Shown here: piece after piece, positions 29,499 to 39,024 of the stretch
How positions within the stretch are numbered: position 1 is the first letter of the stretch
Layout: the number at the start of each line of letters is the position of its first letter
Assembly: GCA_918797485.1 (NCBI GenBank)
Contig: CAKKNE010000001.1
Span: 3,968,001 to 4,032,000, forward strand
Direction of reading: 5' to 3'
DNA: 64,000 nt
Source: Pelagomonas calceolata
Lineage: Eukaryota
The notes under the pieces: generated by a model
What the model was told of the DNA's origin: nothing
Database searches by the model: none
The model's input: the letters and a program-made list of their open reading frames with translations, nothing else
Translations under genes and position numbers: made by a program

Positions 29499-30473
29499 TT
29501 AGAGTGCGGCGAAGACGCCCGCCGTCACGAGGGCCGCGCCAAAGCACGCGACGCGCGTCGGGATCTCGCCGAAGAACAGCGCGGCCAACGCCGTCGCGCC
29601 GACGGGTTCGAGTAACGTCAGCGCCGCGACCTGGCGCGCAGGGAGGTATTTCACGACGTAGGTCAAGCCCTGGTGGCCCACGAGTTGCGGGCCGAGGACA
29701 AAACCGGCGAGGAGGAGTGACGTACGTCTGGAAAAGCCCCACAGCGCGTCGCCCCTCAAGAGCGCGGCGGGCGCGAGGACGCACGTCGCGGCGAGGCATA
29801 CGCCGGCCTGCCACGTCGACGCGCCGACGCGTGCCCTCGCGTCGCGGCCCGCCAGAATGTACGCCGCCCACAGCACGCCCGACGCCGCGGCGAGCGCGTC
29901 GCCGGTCACCGCCGCGGCTCCGGACGCGTCTCCCGCCAGGACCGCCGTTCCGGCCACCGCGCTGGCGCAGCCGAGCCAAAACGCGTCCGGAACTTCTCTC
30001 CCGCTTATCCTATCCGCGAGCCCTACCCAGAGCGGGCAGAGGCCGACCAGGATCGTCGAGCGCAGCACGGACGTCCGCCGCAGCGCCTCGAAAAAAAGCA
30101 AGAAATGCGCCGCGAGGAGCAGACCGGAGCGAGCCGCCAGAGTCGCGTCGCGTCCGTCGAGTGCGGCGACGCCGCGTCGCGCCCGTCGCGTGGCGAGGTT
30201 GAGAGCCGACGCCCCGGCGACGCGCCAGCACGCGATCACCACGGGTGCCGCTTCGCCGGCGACGCCTCTTGCCAATGCTGCGGAGGAGCTAATACCCATG
30301 ACCGCGGCGGCAGCGACGGGCCAGACCTGGCTCGGAACGTCTCGTTTTTCCACTGCGTTGCCTTTTGCTGCACGCCGCGGCACGGTGCGGCGGCGCGAGT
30401 GGCTTGGCAGCGCTGCGAATGGCCGCATCGCTGCAGTGACAGCAATGGCGGTGCAGAGTAGTTGGCTACGCAT
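29499..30473 (-). CDS. EamA/DMT-family transporter, probably plastid-targeted
   Basis: About 10 hydrophobic helices; GDALA, LLEPVGATALAALFFGE; signal plus Arg-rich transit N-terminus. Confidence 0.85.
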   Translation of the reverse strand: MRSQLLCTAIAVTAAMRPFAALPSHSRRRTVPRRAAKGNAVEKRDVPSQVWPVAAAAVMGISSSAALARGVAGEAAPVVIACWRVAGASALNLATRRARRGVAALDGRDATLAARSGLLLAAHFLLFFEALRRTSVLRSTILVGLCPLWVGLADRISGREVPDAFWLGCASAVAGTAVLAGDASGAAAVTGDALAAASGVLWAAYILAGRDARARVGASTWQAGVCLAATCVLAPAALLRGDALWGFSRRTSLLLAGFVLGPQLVGHQGLTYVVKYLPARQVAALTLLEPVGATALAALFFGEIPTRVACFGAALVTAGVFAAL

Positions 30474-30695
30474 CAATGCGAATAATAATAAGTGGATTAG
30501 ACCGTACTTTAGAGTTCTACCGGCGCGCAAAAGCAGCCACACCTCTTTCCCCAGCCACACATTGGCACACAAAAGTACTCTAGTGCCTTTACTCTAGGCC
30601 TACTCCTTGTTCTTGAAGACTGCTGGGGTCCGGGTCTAGCTCTAAGCTAAAGTTAAACTTACGAAATACGGGAAAATCGACGATCGGGGACGACG

Positions 30696-31169
30696 TTAGA
30701 ACGACAGCGTCGAGTCCGCGGCGAACGTGAGCTCGAGGAGTTTCGGCGGCATCTCGAACGTGACCGGTCCGCCGCCGGCGTTCTTCGTCGCGAGGCTCTC
30801 GGGTGTGATGCCACGAGCTTTGCACGACATGCCAGACACGTAGAACGTCACGCCGGCGGCGACGCACGCCGGATACGTCTCCGACAGCTTGCCGGTGCCG
30901 ACGCCCTCGAGGCTGCCGATCACGTCGTCGGTCAGGCACTGCACGCCGTCGGACGCGAGGAACATGGACACGCTGTGGCCCGCGGCGGCGGCCTTGGACG
31001 CGACGAGGAAGGCGAGCGCACACTTCGAGGCGTCCGTGGTCGGGCCGGTCGTCAGGGCGACGAGCAGCTTCTTGGGCTCGGCGGGTGGAGCAGCCGTGGC
31101 ACTGCTGCCCTCCGCGGTTGTGGTCACCTTGGCACCGTCGGCCGTCAATTCCTTGGTGGACTCGGCCAT
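30696..31169 (-). CDS. DsrE/DsrF-like family protein
   Basis: LAFLVA...GHSVSMFLASDGV...FYVSGMSCKARGI...ADSTLSF. Confidence 0.8.
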   Translation of the reverse strand: MAESTKELTADGAKVTTTAEGSSATAAPPAEPKKLLVALTTGPTTDASKCALAFLVASKAAAAGHSVSMFLASDGVQCLTDDVIGSLEGVGTGKLSETYPACVAAGVTFYVSGMSCKARGITPESLATKNAGGGPVTFEMPPKLLELTFAADSTLSF

Positions 31170-31301
31170 TGCTTGTGTCGTTTGCTCCTCTTTTCTTCTC
31201 TTTGGGCAACTGTCGTGCCCGTCGCTGCCTCGTCTTGCGTCGTGGCAATTGGGCAGCCGATGGCGCAGCGGAGCTCCAGCGCTTTATGGCGCTGCAGTGC
31301 T

Positions 31302-31326
31302 TGCTAGTGTCTTACTGACCGCTAGC
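31302..31326 (-). promoter_or_regulatory. Two-CTAG element copy (GCTAGCGGTCAGTAAGACACTAGCA)
   Basis: Between divergent genes 31169(-) and 31504(+). Confidence 0.7.
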
Positions 31327-31503
31327 CTTGCTCAATAAAACCAACGTGGCGCGCCGTATACGCTTGTCTGCCGCGGCCGGCCCTCTCGCGCAAGCAAGCT
31401 TAAACGTCGCCACCGTACCGCGCGTCGCGACGGCGAGCGGAGACCGCGCGCTTGAAAAGAGTTACAAGCCCAAAAAATTGTTGTCGCTGCACCGCAAAAA
31501 ACG

Positions 31504-32199
31504 ATGGCCTTCTACGAGACCCCCCGCCGCAACGCGAGCGACGGCTCCGGCGCCTCAAACCGATCGACGAACCGCGGCCACCGCCGCGAGCACTCCGACC
31601 CCTGCCCGCTCCCGTCGCCCGGTTTGCCGCACAAGGCCCTGTCCACGCCGGAACTGTTGCGCTCCAAGACGGTCGGCGACCCCTGTTCCGCCATAAGACG
31701 GTCCTGTTCCTCATTGGCCGCTTTGCGCGGTTTGACGCCCGAGCCCGTCCCGCCGAACGCCGACGGGTTCGAAGAGCTGCGGGAGGGCGACGAGTTCTTC
31801 GACAACTTCAGCTGGTTGTTTGTGCTGCTGGCGGTCATACTAAGATACGTCTGGCACAACAACGTGTCGTCGTTTTTACTCATCTGGTGGATCCTGCCGG
31901 CGATGATCCCGGAACAATTTATGCTCGACGAGGCCGTCGACCCGCGCGGCGACTGGACGGCCATGGGCCTCCGGGCGTCGCTCTTCACCGCCAAGACCTT
32001 CCGCTGGATGCATCTGGCCGACGGCCACCCGGCGATGGAGATCGGGATAAGGTGGTGCCTCATCGTCATACTAACACTCTTCGGCCAGTGGGTCTGCGCG
32101 GCGGCGTCGCGGCGCCTGGCGATCATTCTGATGCGCGACCGTAATTTATCGAAGCGCGACGCGGACCACCCGCTCCGGGGCAGCCGGGGGAGCGTCTAA
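31504..32199 (+). CDS. Hypothetical membrane protein, paralog A
   Basis: Shares EELRxGDxFFD, WWILPA, VDPRG and RLAIxxxRDRN with 32388-33050. Confidence 0.7.
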   Translation: MAFYETPRRNASDGSGASNRSTNRGHRREHSDPCPLPSPGLPHKALSTPELLRSKTVGDPCSAIRRSCSSLAALRGLTPEPVPPNADGFEELREGDEFFDNFSWLFVLLAVILRYVWHNNVSSFLLIWWILPAMIPEQFMLDEAVDPRGDWTAMGLRASLFTAKTFRWMHLADGHPAMEIGIRWCLIVILTLFGQWVCAAASRRLAIILMRDRNLSKRDADHPLRGSRGSV

Positions 32200-32387
32200 G
32201 GACTTCTACCTTTAGATTTAACCATTCTCCGGGCTGAGGCCGGCGGCGTTGGCGCAGTGCTGGCGTAGCGAGATTCGAGCTTTAGAATACCTAGGTGTGG
32301 TGCCCCTCTGCGCGGAGACCCGTCGGGAGAGGGCGCGGGCAAAATTGGTAAACGTTGGCAAGTGCTGCGTCGATGCGTGGTGAGAGT

Positions 32388-33050
32388 CTAGACGTGCCAC
32401 TTCAGGGGCATGGCGCCGCGCTTGTGCGCGTTGCGGTCGCGCAGGATCGAGATCGCGAGGCGCTTCGAGACGAAGGCGCAGAAGCGCTGGCCCGCGACCG
32501 TCGCCGCGAGGAAGACGACGACGCGGACGAGCCGCGGGACCGTCCACACGCGGTACATGTCCTCCGCGATCAGGAACCCCCGGTATAAAGCGGCCGTGTG
32601 CGACCCGCGCGGGTCCACGTGGTACGGCAGCATGAGCCACCACGGAATCACCGCGGGCAGGATCCACCAGCATAGCGCCAGCGACACGACGTGCTCGTGG
32701 AAGATGCACCGCAGCGTGATCGCGCAGGCGAAAAAAAGCCACGCCGTGTAATCGAAGAAGTCGTCGCCGAGCCGCAGCTCTTCGTACGCGTCCGCGTCGA
32801 CGGCGCGGCTCTCGTCGGCGAAGGCGAGGTCGAGCAGGCACGTCTTCGTGGGACCCGGCTCGCTCTCGCTGCGCGTCGGTGCCGGGGCCTTGCGCAGGCC
32901 CTCCGGATAGCGCTCGGTCCTCGTCGGCGGCCACGTCGACCGACGTCCCTCGGACTCGACGTCTCTCGGGATGAACGTCGTCGCGGCGGGCTCGGGCAAC
33001 GTGAACGACACCCGCCGCCGGCCGGCGACGGTCGCGGTCGCCGTCTGCAT
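32388..33050 (-). CDS. Hypothetical membrane protein, paralog B
   Basis: Collinear similarity to 31504-32199. Confidence 0.7.
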   Translation of the reverse strand: MQTATATVAGRRRVSFTLPEPAATTFIPRDVESEGRRSTWPPTRTERYPEGLRKAPAPTRSESEPGPTKTCLLDLAFADESRAVDADAYEELRLGDDFFDYTAWLFFACAITLRCIFHEHVVSLALCWWILPAVIPWWLMLPYHVDPRGSHTAALYRGFLIAEDMYRVWTVPRLVRVVVFLAATVAGQRFCAFVSKRLAISILRDRNAHKRGAMPLKWHV

Positions 33051-33338
33051 TGGGAGTTACGCGCGCAGCATCTTTGTCATGGTTCGTGCAAGGTTAGTCT
33101 AGCGTTCGTGACCGCTTAAGTGTATCTCTCTGTGCAAGGCAGGCGAGGCGAAAAACGAGGCGACAGGCAGCAAGAAAAACACAATGTTCAGCACTTGTCA
33201 AGGAAAACAAACAAAGGCAAGGCAAGACACTTGGTCGTACGAATATACGATAAATGTATCATCCACGACGCATAACCGAGGCAACCAGTGGGCACGTGAG
33301 AACACAGCGGCAAATATATCTGGTGGTAATAAGCGCCG

Positions 33339-33359
33339 GCTAGCGGTAAGACACTAGCA
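33339..33359 (+). promoter_or_regulatory. Two-CTAG element copy, short spacer (GCTAGCGGTAAGACACTAGCA)
   Basis: Between divergent genes 33050(-) and 33594(+). Confidence 0.65.
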
Positions 33360-33593
33360 AGACAGGCGCAATCGCACAAAGCAAGCCTAAGGCAGCCGCT
33401 ATTCGTGCAATAAGCACGTTGGGACTGTGGTGGGTGCATGCCTTGGGCGGTCTGCAACGTAGCGTGAGCGCTAGCGCGAGCATTGTGGAGCCCAGCCTGG
33501 CAGGGTGGGGCAGCCCTCTGCATCACTGAGATGCAGCGCTCCCCACGCCATCACACGCCATCAGCGCAGCACCGCACAAGACGCCGACGGCGC

Positions 33594-35399
33594 ATGCCAT
33601 CACGAATCGCACCGTTTGCCGCCGGCTTCGCGCTCTGCTATCTCATATTCGGCGGCGGGGACGACGGCGAAGCCGCCCGCGCCGAAATCGCGCGCGAGAA
33701 GGCAGAAGCCGCGGCACGGCACGCCGAGAACGCGGCGACGGCGGCGGAGATCGCGGAACGGGCCACGCGCGGCGAGGTGCGCGGCGGCGACCCCTACGCG
33801 TGCCCCGTGCGCGTCCCGAGTTCCATGCGGTACTGGACAAAGCCCGTGGTAGAGCAGCCCGGCGACGCGCCTGCATATGATGTAGAGGCTTATTTGACCT
33901 TTGTTCCGGACTTTGGAGGGTTGAATAATGTGCGACTCAGCCTCGAGAACGTCCTCTCGCTAGCGAGGGCGTCGGGCCGCGTGCTGGTACTACCGCCGGT
34001 CCAGCCCTACTACCTCCTAAACGCGTGCAAGGGCGCCTGCGAGTACTCGCTGGCGGACTTCTTCCCCGCTCTATTGGAGAATCAAGAGCGGGCCAAGGTC
34101 GTGACGTCGGCGGCGTTCTTCCTCGAGATTCTGCCGCGCCTGGCGAAGGGCGGACGGTTACCTGAGGATGCCTGGCCGCCCGACGCCAAGGTCCTGAGGG
34201 CCGCGAGACGGTGCGCTCCGATGCACATTGCAAAGGCGTCGTGCTACGCGCTGTACGACTGGCTCGACCGCCACTTCCACAAGTTGACGCCGCAGACGGA
34301 GACGACGGTGGTGTTGTTCGGTGAGAGTAAGGCGCGCAGGACGCTGGATGCGGCGAAGGTCGACGCGCGCGTCGCGAAGGTGCGCCACGACCCGCCGGAA
34401 TGGAGGTTAGAAGGCGTGAAAAGGCTGTGGCGCGACACCGTCGACGGTGATGCAATCCTCGGCGACCGGACCAACGCCGTCGTCGCCCACGTGCGCTCGG
34501 CGGGCTGGCGCACGCACGGCGCCGATTGGAGGCACATCGACAGCGCCGGTCGGTTGCTCGTGCCCTTCTACACCTACGTCTATTTTGTGGATCACGCCCA
34601 GCAGAACCTGCACAAGCGGTTGATCCGCGACCTCGTCCGCCACGGCGACCGCGTGACCTGTGCCGCCGCGGCCGTCGTCGCCTGGCTCGACCGCCAGGCC
34701 CCACCCGCGGTCAAGGGCGCCGACGCGTCGTATAGTAGCCTCCACGAGCGGCTGAACGACTTCCAGTTCAAGGGCCAGAGCAATGTGCTTGCAGCTCTCA
34801 AGGTCCTCGCGCCGCGCGAAGCCCTGTGGGTGGCGACGGACGCCAAAGACAAGGCGCCCTTCGACGGGATCGCGGAAGCTGGCCACCGCGTCGTGACGCT
34901 CGAGGACGCCCTCGTGGCCGCCGCGTCGCGCCGGCGCAACGCGTCCTTACCCAGGCACGTGGCCGTCGCCGCCAACGACGTCGCCATGACGGAGGGCGAG
35001 GCGGCGGCATTGGCGCGCATCGGCGCGAACGAGCGCGGCCTCGTCGACGTTTTAGTCGCGTCGCAGGGCCGCACCTTCACGGGCACCTGGTTCTCGACGC
35101 TGTCGACGCACGTGCAGCGCATCCGCGGCTATGTCGGCCGCCCGGACGCGTCGACCTTCTTCTCGGAACCGAAACGGTGGGCCGCCTGCCAGAAGTGGGA
35201 GGAGCCGCGGCGTCCGTGGTACATGCGTGAGTATCCGACGGCCTGGCGCGACGTCGACGGCCGCGCGGCGCCGGCGCCGCGGCGCGGCGAGGGCGTCTAC
35301 AACATCGTCCAGGACGGCGTCGACTACTCCGCGGGGGGGTACCCGCAGGACGCCGCGCGGGGCCCGGCCCGCAGGGCGTACCGGCGGGATGTGTACTAG
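33594..35399 (+). CDS. GDP-fucose O-fucosyltransferase-like type II membrane protein
   Basis: N-terminal TM; GGLNNVR, HERLNDF (HxRxxD), LWVATD, FTGTWFSTLS. Confidence 0.8.
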   Translation: MPSRIAPFAAGFALCYLIFGGGDDGEAARAEIAREKAEAAARHAENAATAAEIAERATRGEVRGGDPYACPVRVPSSMRYWTKPVVEQPGDAPAYDVEAYLTFVPDFGGLNNVRLSLENVLSLARASGRVLVLPPVQPYYLLNACKGACEYSLADFFPALLENQERAKVVTSAAFFLEILPRLAKGGRLPEDAWPPDAKVLRAARRCAPMHIAKASCYALYDWLDRHFHKLTPQTETTVVLFGESKARRTLDAAKVDARVAKVRHDPPEWRLEGVKRLWRDTVDGDAILGDRTNAVVAHVRSAGWRTHGADWRHIDSAGRLLVPFYTYVYFVDHAQQNLHKRLIRDLVRHGDRVTCAAAAVVAWLDRQAPPAVKGADASYSSLHERLNDFQFKGQSNVLAALKVLAPREALWVATDAKDKAPFDGIAEAGHRVVTLEDALVAAASRRRNASLPRHVAVAANDVAMTEGEAAALARIGANERGLVDVLVASQGRTFTGTWFSTLSTHVQRIRGYVGRPDASTFFSEPKRWAACQKWEEPRRPWYMREYPTAWRDVDGRAAPAPRRGEGVYNIVQDGVDYSAGGYPQDAARGPARRAYRRDVY

Positions 35400-35510
35400 T
35401 GTTAACTTGAATCTGTTCGTTAATCCGCTGGCACACCGGACTATCTAGAGTCACTCAGGGCGACGGCGTATGAGGGCCGGGGGCGTGGTCAAAACACACA
35501 AAACAGTTAG

Positions 35511-36305
35511 TTACCCGCTCGACGCTTGCCGCCGCGCGGAGCAGAAGTCGACGAACTCGCCGAGCTTCTTGAAGAGCGCGCCGCTGTCGCGGAGGAGCAG
35601 CTCGATGTTGTTGTGCCCCGCGCCCGGGATCCAGAAGGGCTTGAAGCGCCACTCCGGCCGCGTCGCCAGAAATAATTCCTGGCCGTGCCAGAAGGGCACG
35701 ACCTCGTCGTGCGTGCCGTGTATAACTAAAACGGGGCACCGCGCGCCGCCCACTCTATCCACGTTCGGGAAGAGGTCGCCCGGCAGCGTGTACCGGAAAT
35801 CAAAAGCGATGCGGAACACCGAGAGGATCGGCGACTGGAGCACGACGCCGGCCGGCGGCGTGCCCGCCGCCGAGAGCCGCTCCGCGAGGTATAGCGTCGG
35901 GCCGCTGCCGACGCTCCGCGAGTAGAGCACGACGCGCCTCGCATCGACCTTCCGTGCCATCAGATAGTCCCAGGCCGCGTCGACGTCGGCGTAGACGTCC
36001 AACTCCGACGGCGGCTTGGAGGACCGCGCGTAGCCCGTGTACGAGTAGCCCAGGACGTTGACGCCCAGTCTTAAACTCAGCTCGCGCAGCCACGCGAAGA
36101 CCATGGACACGTCCTCCGCGTTCGCGTGGCTGAAGAGCACGGTCATCTGGGCGCGCCGGTCCACGAAGAAGGCCTCGATGCGGGACCCGCGCCGCGTCTC
36201 CAACCAAACGTGGCTCGAGTCCACGGAGCCGGCCACGATCTGGTCGCAGGGGACGACCGGCGACGGCGGCTGGAATACTAACGTTTTTGCGATGGCCGCG
36301 CCCAT
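35511..36305 (-). CDS. ABHD17-like alpha/beta hydrolase (depalmitoylase family)
   Basis: LVFQPP, LFSHANAED, YSRSVGSGP, IHGTHDEVVPFWHG, GAGHNN. Confidence 0.88.
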   Translation of the reverse strand: MGAAIAKTLVFQPPSPVVPCDQIVAGSVDSSHVWLETRRGSRIEAFFVDRRAQMTVLFSHANAEDVSMVFAWLRELSLRLGVNVLGYSYTGYARSSKPPSELDVYADVDAAWDYLMARKVDARRVVLYSRSVGSGPTLYLAERLSAAGTPPAGVVLQSPILSVFRIAFDFRYTLPGDLFPNVDRVGGARCPVLVIHGTHDEVVPFWHGQELFLATRPEWRFKPFWIPGAGHNNIELLLRDSGALFKKLGEFVDFCSARRQASSG

Positions 36306-36463
36306 GGCGCTGATGGCGTCGGCAGCAGTAGTCGAGCAAACAGGTGCTAACGGAACCGGAGCGCGCGCAGCCGTTGCCGGCGTTGTGAGACGTCACCAAA
36401 CGACGCCCGGCGAGTCTCAAGGCAGCGATGCGCCTCGGTAAAGCGAAGGGCTCAGCAGCCTGC

Positions 36464-36486
36464 GCTAGCGTATGGACGCACTAGCA
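36464..36486 (+). promoter_or_regulatory. Two-CTAG element copy (GCTAGCGTATGGACGCACTAGCA)
   Basis: Between divergent genes 36305(-) and 36548(+). Confidence 0.6.
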
Positions 36487-36547
36487 TTGCAGTGCCTGAG
36501 GCTCTTTTGCCTTTTGCTCCTGAAATAAGTGCATAGTCGACGTGAAA

Positions 36548-37148
36548 ATGATCCATGTGCCGCTCCTGACCCTTACCTTGACAGCCGTTGCTGCGCTGCG
36601 GCCATTTCGTGCGCCACAGACACAAAAAGACACTGTACTTGGACGGCGCGATCTGGGCGCTGCAGCCGTCGCAGCGGTCGCAGCCTTGGCACCAGCGGCG
36701 GCCCGCGCGGAGCCGCGCGACCAGTGGATCGCGGCGCAGAAGGAGATCGACTCCATCTTGGCTGATTGGCCGATCGCGGGCGGCGGCGACGGCATCCGGC
36801 GGCGCATCGGCACCGTCGGCACGACGAGTCCGTTGTTTGACATCGAGAAGACTTGCCCGGAGACGGTGTGGAAATCCAAAAAGCCGGACCTAGCAGCTCA
36901 CTGATTCGTTCACCGCAGGCCGGAAACTGATCCCGACGGCCGACGACCCCGTCGCCTTCGCGGAGGCCTTGGAAGAGTTCGCGAGCGGCATCGCGCGCGT
37001 CGACGGCATGGCCTACTCGTCGAACTTCGCCGGCGGCTCGGGCAAACCCTCGGAGAACTCCGCGACGCGCTACATCGAGCGGTCCAAGGACGAGCTCGTG
37101 GCCCTGAAAAAGGACGTCGCGAAGATGAACGCCGCGCTAGGACAATAA
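36548..37148 (+). CDS. Probable thylakoid-lumen helical protein, two exons (intron 36855-36918)
   Basis: Signal + transit + twin-Arg RRDL...AARA; GC-AG splice gives EKTC-RKLIPTADDPVAFAEALEE...AYSSNFAGGSG...ALGQ*; exon 2 is absent from the ORF track. Confidence 0.7.
36864..36918 (+). mobile_element. Degenerate introner remnant (55 bp)
   Basis: Starts CGGTGTGGAAATCCAAAA (TIR-like), ends GCTCACTGATTCGTTCACCGCAG; flanks GCCCGGAGA/GCCGGAAA resemble a decayed TSD. Confidence 0.6.
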
Positions 37149-37161
37149 CAATCACACAAAC

Positions 37162-38682
37162 TTAGTGGTCCAGCTCCGCGGACGCGAGCCAGACGAGGCC
37201 GACGGCGCCGGCCGCGAGCGCGAGCACCAAAAGCTTCGCCGTCGCCGCGCCCGCGTCGCGCCGCACCTTAACCTTGAGCGCCACGGTCTGGAACTGCGTC
37301 GCCACGAGCACGACGTCCCCCCGCTCCGAGACGACCGGCGCCTGCTGGACGCGCTCGTCGTCCCAAAAGGCCGGGACGTCGACGTGCGCGACCAGCGCGC
37401 CGCTGTCCAGGTCATACAACCGCGCCTCCGCCGCGCCCACAACAAGGACGCCCTCTGTGAGGAGAAGGACGTAGCCCCCGAAGTCCCTGTGTTTCCAGTG
37501 CGGGCCCCGCCGCGCCTGCCACGCGTGCGAGCCGTCCCTCCTTATGCGAGAAACGACGCCGCGCGACGCCGCTATGATGACATCGCCGCCATCCAACAAC
37601 AGCATGTTCGAGTGCACCGCGCTCCTCCTTTTATTGTCCCTCCCTATCTTGTCGCGCGCCGTCCTCTCAATGCCTCGGTCGTGGCACAGCGACGCCTCGA
37701 GGTGGCGCTCGACCGGCGGCAGGCCCCGTAATCCAACCAACGCACACGGGGCGACCACGGACCCCCCATCCCGCGACCGCTTGTGCCGCGGCGCCGGCCG
37801 GTCGGCGTCGACGGCTTTGAGGGTCACGATCGATTGATCGTCCAGCACCAAAGCATCCGCGGGCAGCGGCGCGAAGAGGCCTCCTTCGATGGCGTGGAGG
37901 CCCCGCGGGCCCCGGACGACCACGTCATCTTCCATAACTTCGATGCGCGTGTCCTCGGCGCGTATCCATGCAAACGGCACGGAGCGTCGGACCAGAGCCT
38001 CCGCCTCGGGTTTGAGGTAGGCGCCGTCGGCGGCATCGCCCCCATCGTTCCAGTAGAAGTCGGACCGCCACGCGCTGGGCCAGTGCGAAGGTGGTGATGC
38101 GGGCTCGACGGCTTCGTGTTCCGACGCGACGGCGCCCGTATGCAACGACAACCGGAAGAGCTTTGGTGGAGCGTCGAATGGCGCCGTCGCGACGTATACA
38201 TACTCTCCGCGTAGCGTCAGGGCCACGTGCGCCTGCGCCGCGTGGAAGAGCGCCGGGCAGAGCCATCTCCTGTTAAGCTCCGCGTCATAGAGCGCGACGC
38301 TCCCGAAGACGTCCGCGGCCGCGACCCACGTGCCGTTGGTCTCTGCAATGACCGCGAGGGCGCCGCCCGGGCCGGCGACGTCGCGCGCGGACCCGTCGCG
38401 GCGTCTCAATAACAACCGCGTCGGCGCCTCGGCCGCGTCCGCGGGCGCGTGCGCTACCGTTATCACGGCCCGGTCGTCGAGGAAGGCCGGCCGCGCGACG
38501 AGCCGGCCGCCGCGCGCGCCGGCGGATGTGAATGATAGGGTCCAGTGTGAATGAAGAGTGACCTCGTGCCAGCCCGGCGTCACGGCCAGCAGCGCCGCGA
38601 GGCCGAGGCCGCCGATCACGTGGTAGGCCGACGGCAGGGACCAGCCGTCGATGGACTTTGGCTTTGGGGTGCTGCGGCACAT
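37162..38682 (-). CDS. Hypothetical protein with N- and C-terminal TM segments and probable beta-propeller core
   Basis: About 506-aa ORF; beta-strand-rich repeats (VALYD, RLYDLDSG). Confidence 0.6.
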   Translation of the reverse strand: MCRSTPKPKSIDGWSLPSAYHVIGGLGLAALLAVTPGWHEVTLHSHWTLSFTSAGARGGRLVARPAFLDDRAVITVAHAPADAAEAPTRLLLRRRDGSARDVAGPGGALAVIAETNGTWVAAADVFGSVALYDAELNRRWLCPALFHAAQAHVALTLRGEYVYVATAPFDAPPKLFRLSLHTGAVASEHEAVEPASPPSHWPSAWRSDFYWNDGGDAADGAYLKPEAEALVRRSVPFAWIRAEDTRIEVMEDDVVVRGPRGLHAIEGGLFAPLPADALVLDDQSIVTLKAVDADRPAPRHKRSRDGGSVVAPCALVGLRGLPPVERHLEASLCHDRGIERTARDKIGRDNKRRSAVHSNMLLLDGGDVIIAASRGVVSRIRRDGSHAWQARRGPHWKHRDFGGYVLLLTEGVLVVGAAEARLYDLDSGALVAHVDVPAFWDDERVQQAPVVSERGDVVLVATQFQTVALKVKVRRDAGAATAKLLVLALAAGAVGLVWLASAELDH

Positions 38683-38798
38683 CAGCGGTCTCAAAAGTTG
38701 CGCGAGCCGCCGATAAAGTGATCTATGCTGTATGTGGGCCTCGCTGCCAGTTGCTCACCCGCCGCGCGGCGTGATTTCGCGCGCCGGCCACAGCGAGA

Positions 38799-38821
38799 GC
38801 TAGCGGCAGTGAGACACTAGC
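38799..38821 (+). promoter_or_regulatory. Two-CTAG element copy (GCTAGCGGCAGTGAGACACTAGC)
   Basis: Between divergent genes 38682(-) and 39025(+). Confidence 0.65.
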
Positions 38822-39024
38822 GAGCCGGCACCCCTTATTTTTGGGCAAGAGCGCCCGCATTTGCAACCGCGTGGCTTCTCGACCATTCAAGCCATAGCCC
38901 GCTGTCGTGCGCTGCCGCTGGACAGGTCCCAGGCACCACACAAGCCGTGCCGGGCGAATTGCAAGCCAGCCCAAAAGTCACACGTGTCGCGCGCCGCTGC
39001 AGCGATCACCAAAGGCTGCAAATC

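Noticed and set aside
27456..30650. CTAGCTCTAAGC shared just downstream of two minus-strand stops (27456, 30636)
   Set aside because: Only two good copies; too few to call a 3'-processing signal.
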